DNA from: the human T2T-CHM13v2.0 reference genome, Homo sapiens
Reading direction: 5' to 3' (one strand)
DNA: 64,000 nucleotides
Assembly: GCF_009914755.1 (NCBI RefSeq)
Contig: NC_060938.1
In this document: piece by piece, positions 53,214 through 64,000 of the stretch
How the letters are laid out: the number at the start of each line of letters is the position of its first letter
Position numbering within the stretch: position 1 is the stretch's first letter
Program-made: the position numbers and the translations under genes
Notes under the pieces: model-generated
The model's input: the letters and a program-made list of their open reading frames with translations, nothing else
What the model was told of the DNA's origin: nothing
Database searches by the model: none

Positions 53214-55937
53214 TGTAAGAGCTTTTGACCAGCCGTGAAAGTTAGCCAGCCAAAAAGTTGGAGCACTCCACAAGACTGCCCTCACATCTGATACCAATTG
53301 CAGGATTCCCAAAGTCACTCTTGGGTTCAGTAATTCAATGGAAAGACATAGAACTCACTAAAAACTGTTACACTTACAGTTATGGTTTATTATGGGGAAA
53401 GGATACAGATTAAAATCAGCCAAGAGAAGAAGTGCATAAGACAACGTCCAGGAATACTACCAAACACAGAGAGCTTCCCTTGTCCTCTCCTTGTAGAGTC
53501 ATCAATGCTTTACTCTCCTGGCATTCGTGTATGATAATATACTTGTAATATTTTTAATCAGAGAAGCTCACCTGAGTTTTTGATGTCCAGAGTTTTTTTT
53601 TTTTTTTTTGGTTTGGTTTTTTTTTTTGTTTTGTTTTGTTTTTTTTGCAGTTCATTATATTTTGCCCATGTGAATGACCTTTAGTCTTTAGCGCTTCCCA
53701 GAGATTGGATTGATAGCATTAGTCTCCAGTATGTTCCAGAACTGACACCATGTGGCCAAAAGTCCCCATCATAAGTCATATTGTTAGATTGTGTGGTGGC
53801 CAAAGCCATCAGGTAAACAAAGACACTGCTGTCACACATGACATTCTGAACATCTAGAGATCTCCTCCAACTAGTTAAGGGCAACTACTTTTACCCTCAG
53901 ACTCTCTTTGGGTACTGTTAATTCTTTGCTGTACAAGCTACCCCCTGGCCTTTGGCCAAGGCTTTTTTTATTGTATAGCAACACAGTCATGTTTGTCTGG
54001 GCATCTATATTTACTATGGTATTTATGTGACAGACACAGCAGTAGTATCAGTGTGAATATGCCTAAGATTTGGCCAAGGCAGTGTAGGGTGTGGATATAT
54101 TTAGAGAAATAGCTAATCCATCCACTAAAGCCATTACATACATTTTCATAATTTTGTATTAAGTTACTAATTTCTCACCTTTAATCTACCACTATTGATA
54201 TGTTTGTACAGAACTATATATCATAGAAATTAGCTGATGGTTACCTAAGTGCATTTCTTCCTCAGGCCAGTCATTTTCTATTAACATTATATCCTGAGGA
54301 GGCTTTAACTGAATTTCCCAATACACTTAGCCATAACCTAAAAAATAAAAGTCAAAAGATACTGGCACGTTCTTAGAGTCCTTCTCAGACATTAACAGAC
54401 CAGAATGTCTCCCAGAATGATGCTACTCAGGTTTGCAGGCTTGTTGGATTCCAAAAATAAGAGTGGTCTCAGCAACATATGACTTCACTCTTTCAAGCAT
54501 CTGTTACAGTTGAGCTAAGAAACAATGTCATCTCTTGTTCTGAACCTCTTTGGAGATACCAATGCAGTATTATTTCCCTTACTGCATAACCTATCCATTC
54601 ATTCCTTTACCCTCAGCTACCATTCTTCCTTCTCTCTATTTATACCCAAACTTTTTCACCTTTTAAAGAGTTGTAAGGTTTGGCCACTGTGCTGATTCAG
54701 ATTGCCGTTGGTAATACTAGTTTAGCAAGTTCCTCCTGCACAGTCTATTCCTATTCATTTAGAGTAGGATTGTATCCCTTACCTTCATTTTAGCTAGCAT
54801 AGATAACAATAACCAAGAGATTGTGTGTTTAACTTCTTTCTTTATATTTTGCATCTCCTTATGCATCCAGTGAGATAACTTTTTGGGAATTATCTCCATT
54901 AACTAATCACAGTAAAGAAGCAATTCCATGCTGTGGTTGACACTGTCTTCACTCAGGGATCAAAGGTTCATCATCCCACACCCTCTCTTCACTTCCTAAG
55001 CCATGTATTTCAGTGAGTCAGGGTCTTTCTAGAAAATCTTATTTTTGACACCAACTGTAAGGAGTTTTAGCCAACTGCAAAAAATAGCCACCTACAAATG
55101 TGGAGTACTCCACAAAATTGCTCATTTCTGACCCTAATTGCAAATTCAGGAGATCCTAAAATGACCTTCAGGTTTAATAATTTACTAGCATTCATGGAAC
55201 TCACAGAAAGCTGTTATACTCATGATTATTGTTCATTGCAAGGAAAGAATACGGATTAAAGTCAGCCAAGGGAGAAAGTGCATAGGGCAGAGTCTAACAG
55301 AAGTAACAAATGAGGAACTTCTGTTGTCCTCTCTCTTTGGAGACATGGACATGTCACCCTTCTGGCGTCAATCTGTGATACCACACATGGAGTAATGCCA
55401 GCTGGGGATGCTCACCTGAGCCTTTGGTATCCAGAGCTTTTATTGGGACTCAAACACTTACTGCCAGTGTGGCTGACCTGTAATCTTTAATCCTAAAGTA
55501 GAGAGAAGCAATTGGGGGCCTTCTATGTAGAAAGTGGGGTCAGAAGGCCAAGAAAGGGAGTATGAGTATATATCCAAGTCACTTAGGAACTTTTATGCAG
55601 GTGCAAAAAAACTTATGTCAAAGTGGCCACAAGATTATTTAATAGACAGATGAATGAAAGTCCATGTTTACTGCTAGACACGAAAGCTTTGTGTGAAATC
55701 TTGAATTAATGGGGAGAGAGGGAGGGTAGCCTATACCTGTCTGTTCTTTTCCTGATCCCTTTCCCTCATTCCTGAACTGCAGTCTAACATTGTTAGACTG
55801 TCTCTGGTGCCCAAAGTCCATGGACAACAAAGACATTCCTATTAGGCGTGAAATTCCAAGGACCTAGAGATCACTCCCAGAAGCTGAGTGTAAAGACCAG
55901 ACCTCTCCTCGGTCAAGGTTAAATTCTTTACCACACA
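53214..55937 (-). mobile_element. Two-LTR ERVL-class element (MER21-like): LTR 53214-53935, ~1.1 kb internal region, LTR 55056-55937
   Basis: Two homologous TG...CA direct repeats (tgtaag..ggag(c/t)actccacaa..gattaaa.tcagccaag..ttcttt..aca); PBS-like 'gttggtgtca' and PPT-like 'ggccagggggtag' place the element on the minus strand. Confidence 0.7.
55481..55782 (+). repeat. ~300-bp inverted duplicate of 56588-56889, inserted in the LTR
   Basis: Shared blocks taatctttaatcc.aaagtagagagaagcaa, aaacttatgtcaaagtggccacaagatt, gtttactgctagacac, tttgtgtgaaatcttgaatt, gaactgcag. Confidence 0.92.
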
Positions 55938-56898
55938 ATCTTTAAAGAGTAAACTGATTGAGCCATACAAAGATAGGTCGAAAGATTAAACATCTTTCCC
56001 GATATTATGTAACCCTCCAAAAATTTTTAAGATTTTTTTTTTTACATCTTAGATTTTAAGCTATTACTTCAAATGTGAAAGAGAAAGACCTCCACCTCTT
56101 CTGCAGCTATAGCTGGCCTTATATTCTGATTTTTAGGTTCTTACCTATTCTCTTTTGGTAATACGTTATAGATAATAGTGAGCACCTCAGCAGCAGATTA
56201 TATTAACTTTATGCAGTGCTCTTTGCAAGCTTATTTTATATTTTGCTTGCTGTACAATGTTACCTAGCTATACTTTATGATGGTAGTTAGAACTTTAGCT
56301 CTCTGGACAAAATAATCTGGTTCTCACCTCGGTTGTTAGTTCTACTGCCCTGCTCTAACTAAAAATATGAAACCTCTTTCCTGCCTTTTTTTAAACAACT
56401 TCAGTACCAATAAATCTTTATTCATTGTATTTTCCCAAGAAAAGGAGAAGGGATAGGAAAAGAGTCAGCATGTGTGTTAAAAAAATGATTAGAAGATGGG
56501 AAAAGAAGTAGAGAATACAGCAAAATCAACCATCAAATAAACATACCCCAGTGGTGGGGTCACCGAAGCCCAAACGGGCTCAATCTCCTGCAGTTCAAGA
56601 ATGAGGGGTTGGGATTAGGAAAATAACAGACAGGTACAGGCTACTCTCCCTCCCCATAAATTCAAGATTTCACACAAAGGTTTGGTGTCTAGCAGTAAAC
56701 ACAGAGTTTCATTTGTCTGTCTCCTATTAAACAATCTTGTGGCCACTTTGACATAAGTTTCTTGCATCTGTGTAAAAGTTCCTGAGTGCCTTGGATATAA
56801 ATATTCATATTCTTTTACTTAGCCTCCTGAGCCCACTTTCTGCATGGAAGGCCCCCAGTTGCTTCTCTCTACTTTTGGATTAAAGATTAAGTAGATTT

Positions 56899-57201
56899 GG
56901 CCAGGCGTTGGGGCTCAGGTCTGTAATCCCAGCACTTTGGGAGGCCGAGGTGGGCCGATCACAAGGTCAGGAGTTCAAGACCAGCCTGGCCAACATGGTG
57001 AAACCCCATCTCTACTAAAAATAAAAAAAAACTAGCCAGGCGTGGTGGCAGGCACCTGTAATCCCAGCTACTCAGGACGCTGAGGCAGAGAATTGCTTGA
57101 ACCCAGGAGGCGGAGGTTGCAGTGAGACAAGATGGCGCCATTGCACTCCAGCCTGGGCGACAGAATGAGACTCCGTCTCAAAACAAACAAACAAAAAAAA
57201 A
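56899..57201 (+). mobile_element. Alu (AluSg-like) nested in the retrocopy
   Basis: Alu consensus; TSD gattaagtagattt / ggttaactagattt. Confidence 0.95.
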
Positions 57202-57454
57202 TGGTTAACTAGATTTGACCCATCCAAGATACAGCAGTGTCTTAAGTGTTTGGCATGAATCACATCAAGAAATGGTCTTGACTCAGGAGGTTGGGAACAA
57301 GGGATGAAGGGCTCCTAGTTTCTTCAGGATTTTTGCATAAATCATTTAAGAGTTGTAGAAATAACGCAAGAATTAAATGTGTGTATGTGAGTATGTAAGT
57401 TTTCTCTTGGGGAGGAGGGGATGGAAAAGAGGGTAGTATACAAGTTTTTAGAAT

Positions 57455-57555
57455 GTATTTATTTATTTATTTTTAGAGACAGAGTCTCACTGTGTCACCC
57501 TGGCTGGAATGCAGTTACACAATCATAGCTCACTGCAGCCTCAAACTCTTGGGCT
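57455..57555 (-). mobile_element. AluJ/FLAM 3' fragment
   Basis: (TTTA)n tail, then gagacagagtctcactgtgtcacc..ctcactgcagcctcaaactcttgggct. Confidence 0.8.
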
Positions 57556-57647
57556 TCTTTCCTATCTTTCCTGTCTTTCTCATAATGCATCTTTCAACTA
57601 CCAAGTTGTATATAGAAATTTTACTTTTTTTAAAATGCAGTGCATGC

Positions 57648-59380
57648 TTTTTTTTTTTTTAGAGAATGAATCTGATTCTGACCATCCATGCCTGTCCTCA
57701 GTCTTATTTTTTTTTATTTTTCCATAAGTTATTGGGGTACAGGTGGTATTTGCTTACATGAGTAAGTTCTTTAGTGGTGATTTGTGAGATCCTGGTGCAC
57801 CCTTCACCGAGAGGTATACACTGCACCATATTTGTTGTCTTACCCCTCACCCCCCACACTCTTTCCCATAAATTCCCATAAGTCCCCAAAGTTCATTGTG
57901 TCATTCCTATGCCTTTGCGTCCTCATAGCTTAGCTCCCACATATCAGTGAAAACATACGATGTTTGGTTTTCCATTTCTGAGTTACTTCACTTAGAATAA
58001 TAGTCTGTAATCTCATCCAGGTCATTGCAAGTGGTGTTAATTCATTACTTTTTATGGCTGAGTAATATACCATCATATATATATAAAATAGTTTCTTTAT
58101 CCACTCATTGATTGATGGGCATTTGGGTTGGTTCCACGATTTTGCAATTATGAATTATGCTGCTATAAACATGTGTGTGCAAGTGTCTTTTTTGAATAAT
58201 GACTTCTTTTCCTCTGGGTAGATACCCAGTAGTGGGATTGCTGGATCAAATGGTAGTTCTACTTTTAGTTCTTTAAGGAATCTCCACAGTTTTCCTTAGT
58301 GGTTTCACTAGTTTACATTCCCACCAGCAGTGTAGAAGTGTTCCCTGTTTACCGCATCCATGCCAACATCTACTGTTTTTTGATTATTTGATTATGGCCA
58401 TTCTTGCAGGAGTAAGGTGGTATTGTATTGCAGTTTTGATTTGCATTTCCCTGATCATTAGTGATGTTGAACATTTTTTCATATGTTTGTTGGCCGTTTG
58501 TATATCTTATTTTGAGAATTGTCTGTTCATGTCATTAGCCCACTTTTTGATGGGATTGTTTTTTTTTTTTTTTCTTACTGATTTGTTTGAGTTCGTTGTA
58601 GATTCTGGATATTAGCCCTTTGTCAGATGAGTAGATTGTGAAGATTACAAAACACTGCTGAAAGCAATCATAGACGACACAAACAAATGTAAACATATCC
58701 CATGCTCACGGATTAGTAGAATCAATAATGTGAAAATGACCATACTGCCAAATGCAATTTTCAAATTCTATGCCATTCCCATCAAAATACCACCATCATT
58801 CTTCACAGAGTTAAGAAAAACAATTCTGAAATTCATATGGCACCAAAAAAGAGCCCGCATAGCCAAAGCAAGACTAAGCAAAAAGAACAAATCTGGAGGC
58901 ATCACATTACGTGATTTCAAACTACACTATAAGGCCATAGTCACCAAAACAGCATGGTACTGGTATAAAAATAGGCACATAGATCAATGGAACAGAATAG
59001 AGAACCTAGAAATAAAATCAAAAACTTAGAGCCAACTGATCTTCGACAAAGCAAACAAAAACATAAAGTAGGAAAAGGACACCCTTTTCAACAAAGGGCG
59101 CTGGGATAATTGGCTAGCCCTATGTAGGAGAATGAAACTTTATCCTCAACTCTCACCTTATACAAAAATCAACTCAAGATGAATTAAGGACTTAAACCTA
59201 AGACCTAAAACTATAAAAATTATAGAAGATAACATTGGAAAAACCCTTCTAGACATTGGCTTAGACAAGGATTTCATGACCAAAAACCCGAAAGCAATTG
59301 CAATAAAAACAAAGATAAATAGCTGGGACCTAATTTAAACTAAGGAGCTTTTGCATAGCAAAAGGAATAGTCAGCAGAGT
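57648..59380 (-). mobile_element. L1PB-like element with twin-priming 5' inversion and 3' transduction
   Basis: Antisense 3' part 57704-58646 abuts sense ORF2 part 58647-59380; second poly(T) at 57648-57660; TSD agtgcatgcttt (57639) / agtgtatgtttt (59378). Confidence 0.85.
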
Positions 59381-59385
59381 GTATG

Positions 59386-59565
59386 TTTTTTTTTTTTTTG
59401 TCACTGTAACTATTTTTATTACATCACAATAATTAGGAGTAGTACAGTTCATGACAAAAATATTACAAATTTTAGATCATTTCACAGCACATACTCCTAT
59501 AAACATTTAAAAGTTAATTTCAATTAAAAGAGTGGTCATTTTTAATGTTTCATATGACCAACATT
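59386..59565 (-). pseudogene. Retrocopied extreme 3' end of KRAS mRNA (3'UTR plus poly(A))
   Basis: Minus strand reads aatgttggtcatatgaaacattaaaaatgaccactcttttaattgaaattaac...gaactgtactactcctaattattgtgatgtAATAAAaatagttacagtgac-A14, which I recognise as the KRAS transcript terminus. Confidence 0.8.
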
Positions 59566-59731
59566 GTAGCACTGTAGTTCCTTAGCTTATGGAGAATGCT
59601 ATAACATATTTTATGCTTACTTCATGGCATATTGCTAAGACAATGTTTTACATATGATTGATTCTGAGATTGATGGAGGAAAATGCAAATCCAAAATCAC
59701 GAAACAGTTTGATTGCCACCATCTTATATAA

Positions 59732-60172
<441 letters not shown>

Positions 60173-61169
60173 TAAGTGGGATGTCCATGACACTCCACTA
60201 CTATGTTTCCTTCTTGATATAGATTCCTTGAAGTCACTGAAGTTAATTCTGAGTTCTGAGGCATTACTGATGAGCTGTTGCCTATTGAAGTAATAGCTAC
60301 AATGATAAACAACGTGACATTTTAGAACTCTTTGGAGATGTCATTTTTGTGGACATATTAAATATATAATGTTTATATATTCAAAGTATCAAAATGTCAC
60401 AAATTCTTAAAGGAACAGCAAACTGAAGGTAAAAGACCTTAGATGATTCAAGAAATGAGTTGGGAAAGATTAATAAAGATTTTTAAAGGGACAAAGCTTT
60501 TCAGCGATTGTTGAATTTTTCTTAACTAATAACTTATTCAAACATTGCTTGACACAAATTACCCTAGTGGTAAAGATAGGAAATGGATATATTTGCATTT
60601 CTACTTTAAGAAATATTATTAGGACAATATCAAAGTATTACAAATTCTCTTTGGGCAACTCCATGGGTAAATATACTACCATGAGTTACTTGAGTAAATT
60701 TAACTGTCTTAAAGTTATAGAACATGGTTTATTCTTCATACCTACTAAAGTCAACCTAGTATGCCTTAATATCTACAGAAAGTAGCATATCAATTCTGGA
60801 AATTATGATTTTTCATTAAGAGCATAAAGATTGAAAATTTAATTGCTATATGACATAATTATCAGATTTTATGGATTATCCAGTTATTTTGGCTACGAGC
60901 ATTGTGAGGTTTTTTTTTTAATAATATATAGATTAGAATCATCGAGAAATCCTTTTGAAGTGTCCATTCAGTGATCCAGTGAGTGCTTACTAAAGGCTAG
61001 TAAGTATTTAAGTTTTGTGTGATTTTTTTTTTATGAAACCAATTGGTGAAACAGGCATTTTTAAATCATTATATGTTCCTTTTCCTTTACTCTGAATTAA
61101 AAGAGTAAGAAGTGCCATAAATTTCAATCTTAGGAGAGAAGCTTATGGCATTTAAAATCTAAGCTGATT

Positions 61170-61478
<309 letters not shown>

Positions 61479-62237
61479 TAACATATGGAAGATGTGTTGT
61501 TTTATTCTGATGGATTTTCAGCCTTGCTTTCTTGTGAAAGTGTGAGTGCCATTGAGTATATCCATCAAGGAATTTAATAGAGTTTCTCCTGTGACTAAAG
61601 TACTCTGCTATCATTAAGATTCTGTCATTTGTGACAATGAACTTTTATCAAATGACTTGCAAGAAAGTCATTGCTCAGAAGTTATTTTTGTCTTACCAAT
61701 TTCATCAGATATCTTTAAATAAATTGCCTGGCTTAAAATTACCTCTTAAGAGAATCACTTTGAGTCTTAAAATCTAGACAGATTGGTCAAGCAAATAGTT
61801 GATTTGTATTAACCTTCCTGTTTTGTCTTATGATTTTGCATCTCATTTTTTTTTCATTCATTGAGCTCTCATTACAACCATTGCAGAGTTGAATTTTGAT
61901 ATAAATTCTGTGATTCCTCATCATAAGTAAACTTTTTAGGTGCATATTTGTTTATTCAGTCAGTGGCTGAATGATAGCTTGCAAAAAAATGCCAGGTTGT
62001 AAAAGATTAAACTGATACATAAAAATCATTAAACAGTGATAATTTAGACATTGGATGAAAAAAAAACGATCTAAGTCCCTAATATGGATGTAAAATGAGA
62101 GGGGCAGAGAAGAAAAAGAAATAATAAAGTGAAATTTGGTTTTAAATACTTAGGAAGCAAAACACCCAAAATTAGGAGAGAAAAAAACCAACAACTTAGC
62201 ATCCATAGTCTCTTAGAAGATACTACCAAGTGAAGAC

Positions 62238-64000
62238 TTTTTAAAAATTTTAATTTTGTGGGGTACATAGTAGTGGATATATTTATGGGGCATGTGAGAT
62301 ATTTTGATACAGGCATACAATGGGTAATAATCACATCAGGGTAAATGGGTATCCATCACTTCAAGCATTCATCATTTCTTTGTGTTACAGACATTCCAAT
62401 TGTATTCCCTAATTTATTCTAAAATGTACAACAAATTATTGCTGATTGTAATCACCCTGTTGTGCTATCTAGATCTTATCCATTGTATCTAACTATATTT
62501 TGGGGTACCCATTAACCATCCCTATTTCCCACTCCCCCTACCCACCCTCTCCACCCTCTGGTAACCATCATTCTACCATCTTTATCTCCGTGAGTTCAAT
62601 TGTTTTAATTTTTAGCTCCCACAAATAAGTGAGAACATGCAAAGTTTGTCTTTTTGTGCCTGGCTTATTTCATTTAACAGTGTCTTCCAGTTCCATCCAT
62701 GTTGTTGCAAATGACAGGATCTCATTCTTTTTTATAGCTGATCAGTACTCCATTGTATATATGTACCCCATTTTCTTTATTCATCTGCTGATGGACACTC
62801 AGGTTGATAATGCTGCAATACACATGGAAGTGCAGATATCTCTTCAATATACTGATTTCCTTTCTTTTGGATATACACCTAGTAGAGGCATTGCTGGATC
62901 ATACGTAGTTCTGTCTTTAGTTTTTTGAAGAACCTCCATACTATTCTGCATAGTGGCTATGCCAATTTACATTCCCACCAATAGCGAACAAGTGTTCCCC
63001 TTTCTCCACATCCTCACCAGCATTCATTATTGCCTGTCTTTTGGATAAAAGCCGTATTAACTGGGAAGAGATGATATCTCATTATAGTTTTGATTTGCAT
63101 TTATCTGATGATCAATAATGATGAGCACCTTTTCACATACTTGTTTACCATTTGTATGTCTTCCCTTGAGACACATCTATTCAGATCTTTTACCCATTTT
63201 TAAATTAGATTGTTTTATGTTTTTTCCTATAGAGTTGTTTATATAGTCTGGTTATTAATCCCTTCTCAGATGCATAGTTTGCAAATATTTTCTCCCATAC
63301 CTTGGATTCTCTTCATTTTCTTGATTGTTTCCTTTGTTAGGCGAAGCTTTTTAACTTGATATGATCCCATTTGTTTACTTTTTCATTGGTTGCCTGTGTT
63401 TGTGGAGTATTACTCAAGAAATCTTTGCCCAGTCCAATGTCCTGGAGAGTTTTCCCAATGTTTCCTTTTAGTGGTTTCATAGTTTCAAGTCTTAGATTTA
63501 AGTATGTAAGTCTTTAATCCATTTTGATTTGATTTTTTATATATGGCAAGAGATAGGTGTCTAGTTTTAATAATCTGCATATGGATATCCAGTTTTCCCA
63601 GCACCATTTATTGAAGAGACTGTCCTTTCCCCAATGTATGTTCTTGACCCCTTTGTCAAAATGAGCTTACTGTACTTATATGGATTTGTTTCTAGGTTCT
63701 CTATTCTATTCCATTGGTCTATGTATCTGTTTTTATGCCAGTACCATGATGTATTAGCTACTATAGCTCTGTAGTATAATTTGAAGTCAGGTAGTGTGAT
63801 TCTTCCAGTTTTGTTTTTATTTTTGCTTAGGATAGCTTTGGTTATTCTAGGTCTTTTGTGGTTCCATATAAATGTTATGATTATTTTTTCTGTTTCTGTG
63901 AAGGTATTTTGATAGGGATTGCATTGAGTCCATAGATTGCTTTGGGAAGTATGGACATTTTAACGATATTGATTCTTCCAATCCATGAATACGGAATGTC
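62238..64000 (-). mobile_element. L1MA-type 3' end and ORF2, antisense; runs off the right edge
   Basis: 'gggtacatagtag..gagatattttgatacaggcatacaatg..aataatcacatcagggtaaatggg' is the reverse complement of an L1MA 3'UTR. Confidence 0.88.

Larger units (their letters stand above)
56386..57555 (-). pseudogene. Processed mRNA 3'UTR retrocopy (tentatively EIF4B 3' end), interrupted by a younger Alu
   Basis: Minus strand ends ..gggaaaatacaatgAATAAAgatttattggtac..+ short poly(A); candidate TSD tctttcctgccttt (56375-56388) / tctttcct(at/gt)cttt (57556-57578). Parent gene recalled from memory, not verified. Confidence 0.6.

Overview
Primate (very likely human) genomic DNA inside the gephyrin gene (GPHN, + strand). 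Four coding exons are recognisable: 17053-17147, 53117-53183, 59780-60052 and the alternatively spliced C3 cassette 61308-61406. They encode the second half of the MogA-like G domain and the start of the central C domain, and they join in frame at canonical AG/GT sites. The rest is intron, packed with retroelements: a full-length but inactivated L1PA, an internally deleted L1PA, several old L1M elements, about 10 Alus, MLT1, MER21-like and LTR12/ERV9 LTR elements, and MER2/MER5 DNA transposon fossils. Nearly all ORFs in the supplied track are L1/Alu artefacts. I found no bacterial-type system, CRISPR array or RNA gene. The most unusual signal is in the 6.6 kb intron between the second and third exons. 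It holds an antisense retrocopy of the extreme KRAS 3'UTR, a second mRNA-3'UTR retrocopy (tentatively EIF4B), a ~300 bp inverted copy of that retrocopy inside an LTR (a non-Alu inverted repeat), and a twin-primed L1 with a 3' transduction. Further templated-insertion scars, an orphan poly(A) insert and a truncated ERV9 carrying a syncytin-like env tail lie in the long upstream intron. Gene and repeat subfamily names come from sequence recognition only, not from database searches.
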